The notes under the pieces are model-generated. The model did no database searches. It saw nothing but the letters and a program-made list of their open reading frames with translations, and was not told the origin of the DNA. The position numbers and the translations under genes are program-made. Positions 1 to 8,743 of a DNA stretch of 64,000 nt are shown one piece after another. How positions within the stretch are numbered: the stretch's first letter is position 1; each line of letters begins with the position of its first letter. The stretch covers positions 1 to 64,000 of IMG/VR virus record IMGVR_UViG_3300010370_000028; one strand, 5' to 3'. The stretch is from a virus.

Positions 1-85
1 TGCAATCAGCAATCTCTTATGCTGGCGGCAAGTCTCTCAAAGATATTAGAAAAGCAAAATCAATAAAAGTAACTCATTGGGAAGC

Positions 86-331
86 ATGAAAAGCAAGTTT
101 TTTAAATGTCAATGTCACTGCGGAGTTCTTCATCTAGACTATGATTCTGATTGGGGTCTAGAGATTGCGATGTTTGAGCGTAATGTAGCGCGTTCATGGT
201 GGAATCGTATTCGTTTAGCATGGAAAGCTTTATGCGGTAAGCCATATACAGATATGATTATTCTAAATGAACAACAAATTGCAGATCTTGCTGAGTATTT
301 ATTTGAAGTACAAAACCATAATTTAAAATGA
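86..331 (+). CDS. hypothetical protein
   Basis: ORF in a tightly packed plus-strand run; ATG at 86 preferred over TTG at 77; CxCxC near N-terminus. Confidence 0.7.
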   Translation: MKSKFFKCQCHCGVLHLDYDSDWGLEIAMFERNVARSWWNRIRLAWKALCGKPYTDMIILNEQQIADLAEYLFEVQNHNLK

Positions 332-555
332 ATCATAAAAACACAAGTCCAATAAAAGTAACTGTTGAAGGTGGTCTTAGACCAGATAAAAAAATTGAAT
401 TAACAATTAGTGCTTATGCCGATCTTGAAGAGTGGGTGGAGGTATTTAAAACAATTTTAATTCACCAAACTTACTCCGAAGATACTGTTAAAGAATTATT
501 TGAGGAAGATTTCGAAAAAAACATTTGCGATCATTGTCAAGATGAATTTCAATAA
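328..555 (+). CDS. hypothetical protein
   Basis: ORF overlaps upstream stop; C-terminal CxxC. Confidence 0.7.
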   Translation: MNHKNTSPIKVTVEGGLRPDKKIELTISAYADLEEWVEVFKTILIHQTYSEDTVKELFEEDFEKNICDHCQDEFQ

Positions 556-712
556 TAAAAAAGAAGCAATAGATTTCCTTGAAACAGTTGAGGTTTCTGT
601 TTCTAGTGAAGATGATATTCTAATCCCAAAGAAAAAACTTTTTGAGGATGATGTGCATGATGCAATTGATTATTTGATTGATGAATGTGGATTTGGAATT
701 AAATACATATGA
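542..712 (+). CDS. hypothetical acidic protein
   Basis: ATG at 542 (MNFNNKK) overlaps the end of the previous gene. Confidence 0.65.
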   Translation: MNFNNKKEAIDFLETVEVSVSSEDDILIPKKKLFEDDVHDAIDYLIDECGFGIKYI

Positions 713-918
713 AAGTAAAAGAATTAATCGAAAAACTTCAGCTACACAATCCCGAACAAATTATAGTTGTTTCTGGTTATGAAGGTGGCTATGATGAGAT
801 TGAAGAAGTCAAGGAAATAAAACTCAAATTAAATGTCAACAAAGCTTGGTATTATGGTAATCATGAAAGCGCTATGTTTGATGAAGATTTTGATTGCAAT
901 GCTGTTTATATTGGATAG
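709..918 (+). CDS. hypothetical phage protein
   Basis: ATGA overlap; MKVKELIEKL...GYEGG pattern typical of small phage proteins. Confidence 0.75.
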   Translation: MKVKELIEKLQLHNPEQIIVVSGYEGGYDEIEEVKEIKLKLNVNKAWYYGNHESAMFDEDFDCNAVYIG

Positions 919-927
919 ACTTCCTTT

Positions 928-1467
928 ATGAACATATTTTGCGTAGACAAAAACCCCATAGTCGCTGCACAGCAAATGTGCGATAAGCATATAATTAAAC
1001 AAATTGTCGAGTCAGCACAAATGCTTGCCAACTGTTTTAGTTTATCTCGTCTTGCTCAATCGGATTGTCCTCGTACTGCCAAGGGTACACCTCGTCTACA
1101 TGCATACTCCAAGCATCCGTGTACGTTATGGGCAATGAAATCATCAGAAAATATGCAATGGCTTATTGATCATGCCCTTGCAATGCTAAACGAAAAAATC
1201 TATCGTTACGATTCTGGACATTTCTGCAAAGATTTTTTGGAGTGGTGTGACGCTCATATGGCAGAATCAAATGTTTCTTCTGGTTCTCTTACGGAATTTG
1301 CTATTGCAATCTCACCAGAACAAAAGTGCCGCAAACATCCCAACTTTGATTCTCTTTCTCCAGTAGAAAAATATCGTTTATATTATATCTACGATAAATC
1401 AAGTTTTTGCACATGGAAAAAAAGATCTGCTCCAGAGTGGTTTTCTCTTGACTTGGTTAAGAATTAA
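928..1467 (+). CDS. pyrimidine-dimer DNA glycosylase / endonuclease V-like family protein
   Basis: MNIF..D.NP..AAQ.MCDKH..K..VESAQML, HPCTLW, YRLYY..DK and W.KR..PEW motifs. Confidence 0.75.
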   Translation: MNIFCVDKNPIVAAQQMCDKHIIKQIVESAQMLANCFSLSRLAQSDCPRTAKGTPRLHAYSKHPCTLWAMKSSENMQWLIDHALAMLNEKIYRYDSGHFCKDFLEWCDAHMAESNVSSGSLTEFAIAISPEQKCRKHPNFDSLSPVEKYRLYYIYDKSSFCTWKKRSAPEWFSLDLVKN

Positions 1468-1481
1468 TTTAAGATTGACGC

Positions 1482-1871
1482 ATGAAGATTAGGATTGACA
1501 ACATTGGCGCACAACCTCCGACATATATTGGTAATCCTCCAGAGGATGTAGACAATAGACTTGTTATTGTTAAGTTCTTTCCTAATGAGAAATACGGAAG
1601 ATTACAAGAATATATTGATGTTCTTGGGTGGGAGAATGATGGTGACTATATCAGAAAAAATATGTGTAGCATTCACAAAAACTGCTTTGAAGGCAAAGAA
1701 AATAACATAGTGATTGCTGATCTCACCTATAGCACTAAAGAAGAAGACACATTCTTAGAGACTGTAGGTGAACGAGTGCTAGATCTATCTCTAGAAGATC
1801 GTGAAACTTTTTTTGAGGTATACGCTATCGCGGCAAAAAGACTAACTAAAAAATGTAAACAAGATGACTAA
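1482..1871 (+). CDS. hypothetical protein
   Basis: ORF; TTGACT-N17-TAAGAT promoter ends a few nt before the ATG. Confidence 0.75.
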   Translation: MKIRIDNIGAQPPTYIGNPPEDVDNRLVIVKFFPNEKYGRLQEYIDVLGWENDGDYIRKNMCSIHKNCFEGKENNIVIADLTYSTKEEDTFLETVGERVLDLSLEDRETFFEVYAIAAKRLTKKCKQDD

Positions 1872-2094
1872 AACACCAGAAACAGATGCAAATCAAATCT
1901 TTCTAGGATTCAATCCAGATGAAGGTGACTATTTTGTGCCAGCAGAAATTGCTCGGCAATTAGAACAACAACGCGACAGGCTGGCGGAGGCAATACTAAA
2001 ACACAGAGATGAGCTTGAACTGACATCTGGTGACTCCGTTGACAGAATTTTATGGAACACCCTCGCCGCTGTGAAAGGAGACAATAATGAGTGA
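1864..2094 (+). CDS. hypothetical protein (TPxTD...ARQLE family)
   Basis: ORF; similar N-terminus to the next gene. Confidence 0.7.
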   Translation: MTKTPETDANQIFLGFNPDEGDYFVPAEIARQLEQQRDRLAEAILKHRDELELTSGDSVDRILWNTLAAVKGDNNE

Positions 2095-2545
2095 TACACC
2101 AAGAACAGATGATGAATGTTATTATCCAAATTATGACAAAGTGGACGCAGACTTCGCTCGCAAGCTTGAGCGCGAGCTTGCCGCCGTGACTGAGGAGCGC
2201 GACTGGTACAAAGCCGCCTGTGACAAATACAGCGAAGATGAGGTCATCAATACATTATGTAGCTTAAAGGAGCAACGTGATGACGCAATCGTAGAAGCGA
2301 CCAATGCAGTCAATGATATTATCAGTGTGCGATGGAAACTAAAACAAGCAGAAGAGACTGCTGAACGCTATCGACTCGACGCTAATCGTTTCGAAGCAGA
2401 GGTTATGATGCTAAAGGAAAAACTCAAAGAGTATGATGATACACTAACCGTTTGCACCGATAGCTTCTCATGCAAGACATTTGTGCCGCAAAAGTGGGAA
2501 CTGCCTCCCTACGATGAGGAGGGTAAAGGAACTCAGATACAATAA
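2087..2545 (+). CDS. coiled-coil hypothetical protein (TPRTD...FARKLERE family)
   Basis: ORF with heptad pattern. Confidence 0.75.
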   Translation: MSDTPRTDDECYYPNYDKVDADFARKLERELAAVTEERDWYKAACDKYSEDEVINTLCSLKEQRDDAIVEATNAVNDIISVRWKLKQAEETAERYRLDANRFEAEVMMLKEKLKEYDDTLTVCTDSFSCKTFVPQKWELPPYDEEGKGTQIQ

Positions 2546-2549
2546 GGAC

Positions 2550-2705
2550 ATGCAAGAAGAGATTGATCGACTCATTAGTTGGTATAAGGATGAAATTGCT
2601 AAACTCGAAACTGATAGGCATTCGAATCCTGTTGTGCTGGCTCGTATTGAAGCATACCAAGAGTTTATCTTTGATCTTCAATCACTCACTCCAAACCAAG
2701 ACTAA
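2550..2705 (+). CDS. hypothetical protein
   Basis: ATG at 2550 follows a TACAAT box. Confidence 0.6.
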   Translation: MQEEIDRLISWYKDEIAKLETDRHSNPVVLARIEAYQEFIFDLQSLTPNQD

Positions 2706-2735
2706 GTAAAGGAACTCCAATAGAATAAACACACA

Positions 2736-2876
2736 ATGAAAGACATGATATACAGACTCATTGATGGTACAAAACTGTTTACTAAACCTTTGCGTCCAAT
2801 TATTGGTGTCTTGTATGTCATATGCGTAGTGGTACTATCACCAATTTGGTTAATTCTTAAAAGAGTACCAAAATAA
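2736..2876 (+). CDS. small membrane protein
   Basis: 46-aa ORF below the track cutoff; hydrophobic IIGVLYVICVVVLSPIWLIL. Confidence 0.55.
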   Translation: MKDMIYRLIDGTKLFTKPLRPIIGVLYVICVVVLSPIWLILKRVPK

Positions 2877-2887
2877 GTTAAACTAAA

Positions 2888-3016
2888 ATGAGTAGTTCAG
2901 CAAAGAGTAAAGGAAGTGTGCCAACCGTTCAATGGTGGAAACACTTGCGCAAATACTGGAAACGTGTTCAGAATAAACGTGTACGTGCTGATGGGAAAAA
3001 ACAAACACAAGAATAA
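2888..3016 (+). CDS. small basic protein
   Basis: 42-aa ORF MSSSAKSKG...WWKHLRKYWKR fills the gap. Confidence 0.55.
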   Translation: MSSSAKSKGSVPTVQWWKHLRKYWKRVQNKRVRADGKKQTQE

Positions 3017-3020
3017 AACA

Positions 3021-3209
3021 ATGAGCGACATTAAAAAAAGCGAAAAAAGAATTAAGTATCTTGAAAAGAAACTTGCTTCATACAAAGAACTCTTTGAAGA
3101 AAGCAAAGAAATAATCAATAAACAAAGACTAGATGTTATTCGTGAACAAGCTTGGCGAATAAGTTTTCGGAAACTGATGCAGGAGGCAGTTGAAGATGAT
3201 GATTTTTAA
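3021..3209 (+). CDS. coiled-coil hypothetical protein
   Basis: start reassigned to ATG 3021 (MSDIKK). Confidence 0.65.
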   Translation: MSDIKKSEKRIKYLEKKLASYKELFEESKEIINKQRLDVIREQAWRISFRKLMQEAVEDDDF

Positions 3210-3229
3210 CATTTTTAAATAATTAAAAT

Positions 3230-3847
3230 ATGAAAAAATACTCAATAACATTTAGTGGTCACGGCACAGAAACTGTTTTCGTTGACTTAGATAAAGAAAC
3301 ATTCGATTACTGGCAAAACAAAGAAGAGCAAGACGAAGACTTTAGTCTTGTAGATTACTTGTGCAATCCAGAAGATTACCAAGACATTCTAAAAGAACAT
3401 AACTTTTTAATTGATGAAAATGGTGAACCATTGTATTGGGATGACCACGAAAAGATCTTTTATACTCTTCATTCCCCCGATTTGGAATCCTGTTATCTTA
3501 TCATTGAAGAAATCAAAGAAGATGAACCTAATGAAGAAATTGTAAACGAAGAATTTAAAAAGTTTATAGAAAAGCACGAAGATTCAATTGATTACCAAGA
3601 TTGTGGCGTTAAGTATGAAGATACTCCAGATTATATTCTGCAATGTGATTCTTATCAAAAGGGAAGTGTTTTTGCTACAACCTTTGAAGCTGAAGACTTT
3701 GATCCAAAATTGTTAAAAATTGTTGCTGAAGAAGCACCAAATGGTTTATATTATTTTTCAAGCGTATCTTATAACGACGAAGAACTTTATAACGAAGATT
3801 TCTTTACTAGGGGTAAGGGTATGAATGCTGATCTATTCGAAAAGTAA
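3230..3847 (+). CDS. highly acidic hypothetical protein
   Basis: 205-aa ORF, very D/E rich. Confidence 0.8.
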   Translation: MKKYSITFSGHGTETVFVDLDKETFDYWQNKEEQDEDFSLVDYLCNPEDYQDILKEHNFLIDENGEPLYWDDHEKIFYTLHSPDLESCYLIIEEIKEDEPNEEIVNEEFKKFIEKHEDSIDYQDCGVKYEDTPDYILQCDSYQKGSVFATTFEAEDFDPKLLKIVAEEAPNGLYYFSSVSYNDEELYNEDFFTRGKGMNADLFEK

Positions 3848-3852
3848 ATGAT

Positions 3853-3948
3853 ATGAAACTAATTATTGCGTGTGTTTTATTATTTTTGGCGATTGGATAT
3901 ATTTATTATATTTATAAATGCCTGTCAGATGACTATGAAAATTATTGA
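3853..3948 (+). CDS. small membrane peptide
   Basis: 31-aa ORF with a hydrophobic N-terminal half. Confidence 0.45.
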   Translation: MKLIIACVLLFLAIGYIYYIYKCLSDDYENY

Positions 3949-3951
3949 ATC

Positions 3952-4128
3952 ATGACTAGAGAAGAATTTCTTTTTGAGCTTTATCAAATTTCTGATTATC
4001 CAGAAAATTGGCTTGACAAACCTAATGTTGTATTCAATAATCAATTCCCGCGAGACATGATGAATACAGAAGAAGGTCTTGCTAAACTTGAAGAAATGAT
4101 TAAATTCCTAAAAAAAGAAACATTTTAA
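3952..4128 (+). CDS. stand-alone Xre/MbcA/ParS antitoxin C-terminal-like domain protein
   Basis: 58-aa ORF not in the track; NWLDKPNVVFNNQFPRDMMNTEEGLAKLEEMI fits the WL..PN..L....P..LL.T..G...V pattern. Confidence 0.55.
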   Translation: MTREEFLFELYQISDYPENWLDKPNVVFNNQFPRDMMNTEEGLAKLEEMIKFLKKETF

Positions 4129-4130
4129 TT

Positions 4131-4589
4131 ATGCACAGACAATTTCTAGCAGTAAGAGAAACAACCCGCAATGTTGAAGCGGGAGATAATACACTCCGTC
4201 TTGCAATGGCAAAGAAGGTTTTGGATGATAATAAGGTTATAATTGCCGCTTATGGTTATGAAGGTGGTGGTTGTTATTCAGATTATTATGCTGTTTTGCA
4301 ACTTGATGAGTATGGTGAATCTGTAGAAGCTATTCTTGAAAGACACATTGGTGAGCCAGAGGATACAGAATATTATGATCAATATGAACAATTAAATGAG
4401 TATATCGCAAAATATTGTTATTACGATGAAGATACACCGTTTCTAAAACCAGAATGTGTAGAAGATTCTGAATACGATAAGGAAACAGGAATTTATGACC
4501 ACGAATGGGATTGGGATGATGAGGTTCATCTTGCTGTAAGCCAAGATTGGCAGATTTTTTATCTTTGGAAAAATGAAGATAACGATTGA
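4131..4589 (+). CDS. acidic hypothetical protein
   Basis: 152-aa ORF, D/E/Y rich. Confidence 0.75.
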   Translation: MHRQFLAVRETTRNVEAGDNTLRLAMAKKVLDDNKVIIAAYGYEGGGCYSDYYAVLQLDEYGESVEAILERHIGEPEDTEYYDQYEQLNEYIAKYCYYDEDTPFLKPECVEDSEYDKETGIYDHEWDWDDEVHLAVSQDWQIFYLWKNEDND

Positions 4590-4619
4590 CACAAACTGAA
4601 TCTATGCTATGATTTGATC

Positions 4620-4778
4620 ATGAAAGAGAAAGACCCGCTCTTAAAGTTAATTGAAGATTGGACTGGTAGAGAAGAAACTTCAGCTAAAATTATTCTTGGT
4701 TTTATTAGTTTTTTCTGTATTTCCCTTTTGATTTTTAGTTTTTATATGGTTTCTGAGTTATTTAAATTGATTTTTTAA
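4620..4778 (+). CDS. small membrane protein
   Basis: 52-aa ORF with C-terminal TM segment; TTGACA...TATGAT promoter just upstream. Confidence 0.55.
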   Translation: MKEKDPLLKLIEDWTGREETSAKIILGFISFFCISLLIFSFYMVSELFKLIF

Positions 4779-4779
4779 T

Positions 4780-5046
4780 ATGAAAGAGTTCCCCAATGGA
4801 TTTACTTCGTGGCAAGAGACTCACTATGAAGTCGTTGCCGCTATTACTAACGAAATTGCTGATGATCATTACAGCGAATTTCGTGATGACTTGGTTCACA
4901 AAACCTTGAGAGAGAATGGTCATGGTGGTCTTTACGAACTTGCTGAAGATCTTACTGATGAATTTGAATTACTCAATAAAGGTCGTGAGTGGGATGGTGA
5001 ATTTTTTGAAGAAATAGAAAGGTTTCTTGATGAAAAATTTAGATAA
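4780..5046 (+). CDS. hypothetical protein
   Basis: ORF, packed operon. Confidence 0.75.
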   Translation: MKEFPNGFTSWQETHYEVVAAITNEIADDHYSEFRDDLVHKTLRENGHGGLYELAEDLTDEFELLNKGREWDGEFFEEIERFLDEKFR

Positions 5047-5233
5047 TACATCTGTATCTTTTCTTAAAGATGTCGTGAGTGATCCTACCGCTACAGATAG
5101 TCAGTTAAGAGTGTATATTCTTGCGGCAATTACTAAAATTGAAGATTTGGAAGATAAAAATCAAAATCTTTCTTGTAAAGTTCGTGAGCTTGAAATGTCT
5201 TTGGATAATTTAAGAGCGGCAGTAATGAGATAA
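5027..5233 (+). CDS. coiled-coil hypothetical protein
   Basis: ORF. Confidence 0.65.
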   Translation: MMKNLDNTSVSFLKDVVSDPTATDSQLRVYILAAITKIEDLEDKNQNLSCKVRELEMSLDNLRAAVMR

Positions 5234-5234
5234 C

Positions 5235-5354
5235 ATGAAAAATTTTGATCCATTGCCAATTATTGTTTTACTTGTTCTTTTGAGTGCAGTATGCGTAATC
5301 ATGGTATTCACAACTTTAATTAAAGCGGCTATGGATTTTTTCTCTTTTCTTTAA
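5235..5354 (+). CDS. small membrane peptide
   Basis: 39-aa hydrophobic ORF filling the gap. Confidence 0.5.
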   Translation: MKNFDPLPIIVLLVLLSAVCVIMVFTTLIKAAMDFFSFL

Positions 5355-5356
5355 CT

Positions 5357-5635
5357 ATGAAGCTACTCACTGAATACAGCAAACACAAGTATGACTTTAC
5401 TATTAAACATAGAGAAGAAAATCTTGCGATTGCATATGGAAAACATAGAATCCATGACCATGATAATTGGGAAGTAATTAGAATCCGTAGTCACAATGGA
5501 CTACAAATGGGAGAAAACTTTGTTCCTCCAGCAGAATTTGGACCTTCAGATAGAGAATGGGGTGTTCATGGGTTCACTGCACTAAATGAAACCCACGCTT
5601 TTGACATTTTTAATAAATTAAAATCCAACCAATAA
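5357..5635 (+). CDS. hypothetical phage protein
   Basis: ORF with WEV...E..PS..EWG..G.T pattern. Confidence 0.75.
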   Translation: MKLLTEYSKHKYDFTIKHREENLAIAYGKHRIHDHDNWEVIRIRSHNGLQMGENFVPPAEFGPSDREWGVHGFTALNETHAFDIFNKLKSNQ

Positions 5636-5639
5636 TATT

Positions 5640-6116
5640 ATGGGACTTGACATGTACTTGCTAAAAACTAAAAAGACTAAACATTCGGTTAAAGAAATCC
5701 TCAAACTTGATAGATACGATCTTAAACCAGAGGATGAAGATGTTAAAGACTTTTTGCCGCTTTATAAGTCTAGCTTTATTGAAGGAAACCATTCTCTCTT
5801 TGAGGAAGTAGCTTACTGGCGCAAATTTAATGCCCTTCATAGTTGGTTTGTGACTAATGTCCAAATTGGGGTAGATGATTGCGGCACATATGAAGTCACT
5901 CAAGATCATATTGATGATCTGCTTCAAACACTTGAGGATACTTTGGCATACAGAGATCCAAGTGATATGATGCCAGTTAGCGGGTTCTTTTTTGGTAGTA
6001 CCATGATTGATGAGTTTTATTGGGAAAAAATGGAAGATGCCTACGATAAGATTTATAATATCTCAACAACCTTTGATTGGGAGAAAGAGAGATTGTTTTA
6101 TGTGTCTAGTTGGTAA
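5640..6116 (+). CDS. conserved phage protein (MGLDMY...YWRK.N..H.WF family)
   Basis: recognisable MGLDMYL, YWRKFNALHSWFV, GFFFGS and Y.SSW motifs; function unknown. Confidence 0.8.
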   Translation: MGLDMYLLKTKKTKHSVKEILKLDRYDLKPEDEDVKDFLPLYKSSFIEGNHSLFEEVAYWRKFNALHSWFVTNVQIGVDDCGTYEVTQDHIDDLLQTLEDTLAYRDPSDMMPVSGFFFGSTMIDEFYWEKMEDAYDKIYNISTTFDWEKERLFYVSSW

Positions 6117-6775
6117 TGGATCAGTTAATACCCCATATGATTGGTGGAGAAAGGTGGATTTTACATCTTATCTTTTATAGAATACCAAAGAATGCGAGTA
6201 CATCAATGATGGATCATCTTGGACCATTTAATTTAATAAAAAAACATGAAGAAAAATTTCATGAAATAGCGGATAAAAAAGTATATCGTAATTTCTTTGA
6301 CCCAACACACGCCAAACCAAACGAGGCATATAAAGTATTTAGACATGAATTAAGAAACTATTTTTCTTTTTGTGTTGTAAGAAATCCTTGGGACAGAGCA
6401 GTTTCAATGTATTCCTTTGCTTTAAAAGAAAAGATAATGTTTTTATATGGTTTAGATGAAGACTTAACTTTTGAAGAATTCTGTCAACATCTTAATGATA
6501 GAAGAGATGATTATTCATTCATAGCTACTCATAAACAAGTAGAATGGACAAGAGGATATTACCCTCCAAAAGTTATTTTGCGGTTTGAGAACTTAAAAGA
6601 AGAATTTCGCGGCATGTTAGAAGAATATAATATCCAACATATAAGCCCAGATATTCCTCATAAGAATAGTACCAAACACTCTCATTATAAAGATTACTAT
6701 ACCCCAGAAACAAAAAAGATAATTGCTAATGTTTTTGAGGAGGATATAGATACTTTCAAATATACTTTTAGTTAA
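6116..6775 (+). CDS. sulfotransferase family 2 protein
   Basis: RIPKNASTS (5'-PSB loop), VRNPWDRAVSMY (3'-PB), RFENL, YKDYY and EDI..F.Y.F. Confidence 0.85.
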   Translation: MDQLIPHMIGGERWILHLIFYRIPKNASTSMMDHLGPFNLIKKHEEKFHEIADKKVYRNFFDPTHAKPNEAYKVFRHELRNYFSFCVVRNPWDRAVSMYSFALKEKIMFLYGLDEDLTFEEFCQHLNDRRDDYSFIATHKQVEWTRGYYPPKVILRFENLKEEFRGMLEEYNIQHISPDIPHKNSTKHSHYKDYYTPETKKIIANVFEEDIDTFKYTFS

Positions 6776-6777
6776 AT

Positions 6778-7287
6778 ATGGAACAAGAAATTTGGAAAGA
6801 TATTGAAGGTTACGAGGGATTATATAAGATTTCTTCGTTTGGTAATGTATTTTCTGTTAAGAGGAATAGGCTTTTATCAGAACAAATTGATAAAGATGGA
6901 TACAAATATGTTATTTTAAGTAAAAATAGTAAACCAAAATATTTTATTATTTCTAGAGTTGTAGCTACCCATTTTATTTCAAACCCCGAAAATAAACCAC
7001 AGGTAGATCATATTGATCGTGATCCATTAAATAATCATGTTTCTAATTTGAGATGGGCAACTAAAAATGAAAACAGTAGAAACATATCAAGCCACAAATA
7101 TAGTACTAGTAAATATAAAGGCGTTAGTTTTGATAAGTGGCATAGAAAATGGCGTGTTCAATTAAAAATTAATACTAAAAATAAACATTTAGGTTATTTT
7201 ACTTGTGAAAAAGAAGCGGCACTAGCTTATAATAAAAAAGCAAAAGAAGTCTTTGGTGAATTTGCGAATCTTAATGATATAGAATAA
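6778..7287 (+). CDS. NUMOD4-HNH-AP2 homing endonuclease
   Basis: EIWKDIEGYEGLYKISSFG (NUMOD4), VDHIDRDPLNNHVSNLRW (HNH), SKYKGVS...HLGYF...AALAYN (AP2). Confidence 0.9.
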   Translation: MEQEIWKDIEGYEGLYKISSFGNVFSVKRNRLLSEQIDKDGYKYVILSKNSKPKYFIISRVVATHFISNPENKPQVDHIDRDPLNNHVSNLRWATKNENSRNISSHKYSTSKYKGVSFDKWHRKWRVQLKINTKNKHLGYFTCEKEAALAYNKKAKEVFGEFANLNDIE

Positions 7288-7290
7288 GAT

Positions 7291-7593
7291 TTATTTCGCG
7301 GCAAGTAAATATTGATGCTTCAACACCCAAGGGATAATCAATCCTTCAACACACCTAACATAAGCTTCCTCATCATTGTTTTCCATATAGGCAACTCCAG
7401 ATAATCTAAAGATCATGTGAGTGACCTCATGAACGAGGGTTTGATAAAAGAATTCTGAACCTTTATCGACTGCTTCCTTTTTGATTTTAATGATTAATAA
7501 GTCATTGTCACACTCACCCCAATCTTCAAGATCTTCCTCATAGATAACCTCAACTTGCCTCCCAAGAACATCTAAAGACTTCGGTAATTGCAT
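7291..7593 (-). CDS. small HExxH zinc metallopeptidase-like protein
   Basis: TLVHEVTH plus a downstream E; GTGTAA motif upstream at 7604-7609. Confidence 0.7.
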   Translation of the reverse strand: MQLPKSLDVLGRQVEVIYEEDLEDWGECDNDLLIIKIKKEAVDKGSEFFYQTLVHEVTHMIFRLSGVAYMENNDEEAYVRCVEGLIIPWVLKHQYLLAAK

Positions 7594-8069
7594 ACACATT
7601 ATATTACACCCCCAAAATGATAATTACAAACGAATTTGTGAATAAATAATGCTTTGTGAGTTATTTCAAACGTATTTGATACATATAAATACCTTGTTTA
7701 AGAGAATACAAAGCAACCTGTTAGCACATATAGAAACAGGGGAGAAAAAACACACAATTTCTACCTATAAATACACCCAAAAACACCCTAGTACACACCA
7801 GTTTTTTTGATTATTTTTGAGGTGGTTTTTAGAACCCCGAATACCCGAAAAACCCTTATTTTATAAGGGTTTCTCTCACCTCCCCCATACACCTTATACT
7901 ATATAAACATAATAGATAACAACAACAAAAACAAAAGCTTTAATTGACAAGGAATAAAGAGATGAGATTTTGGAGGGTGAAGTACCCGATTTAAAAATAT
8001 TTTTAATTCAAATTTCACATTTTTTCAAAAAAGCCTTGTTTTATAAGGTATTCCTGTTATACTACTACT

Positions 8070-8303
8070 ATGAAATTCGTTATGACGTGGATTTTTACGA
8101 TGGTTTTGGCGGTGATTATCGCCCCGATAGTGGCGTTTTTAATCGCCTTCATTACTTTCTTTTCATCGTTTCTGGCGTTTATTGCGGGTGTGAACAGTGG
8201 ACTTATGAGGCTAAAATACCCCAATAATACTCAACCAGCACAGAAAGAAGATGTGTGGGATCGTCATGTAAAAAAACTACAAGAAAAAGAACAACAAAAA
8301 TAA
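8070..8303 (+). CDS. membrane protein
   Basis: long hydrophobic N-terminus; TATACT box ends 6 nt before the ATG. Confidence 0.65.
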   Translation: MKFVMTWIFTMVLAVIIAPIVAFLIAFITFFSSFLAFIAGVNSGLMRLKYPNNTQPAQKEDVWDRHVKKLQEKEQQK

Positions 8304-8554
8304 CGCTGAATAAATCGAGCGTATTACGAATGAAAACGAACTAAATATACTTATTTTTTAAGGCCGAATTGATAATGAGGCGCGATCTATGACGATCCAT
8401 TTACCGAAGGCTTCCACACTCTTCCTACTATCAATTACGAACGATAAAGTCCTAAATAATTAGTTATATTTGGCGTTGATTATTGTGGCGCAACCCACTC
8501 ACACTATATATTACACCTAAACTACAAATTTTTCTAATCGAAATAAACAAAATT

Positions 8555-8743
8555 ATGAATGAAGAAATTACAAATAACGAAGTTACAAATAATAATGAGC
8601 TAAATAATGCAGTACCGCAATTGACTCCACAAGAAATTAAAAGACAAATAAAGATCTTTAGGAATATGATTCGTGGTAATCGCGGCAAGCATAGTAGACA
8701 GCGCCAAAATAATGGTGCGTTTGGAAAGTCGAAACGCAAATAA
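8555..8743 (+). CDS. small basic protein
   Basis: ATG 8555; acidic N-terminus, R/K-rich C-terminus; overlaps CAAATA repeats. Confidence 0.45.
   Translation: MNEEITNNEVTNNNELNNAVPQLTPQEIKRQIKIFRNMIRGNRGKHSRQRQNNGAFGKSKRK

Noticed and set aside
7970-8227. 85-aa ORF overlapping 8070-8303
   Set aside because: TTG start across promoter DNA; the alternative frame has a -10 box, an ATG and a coherent membrane protein
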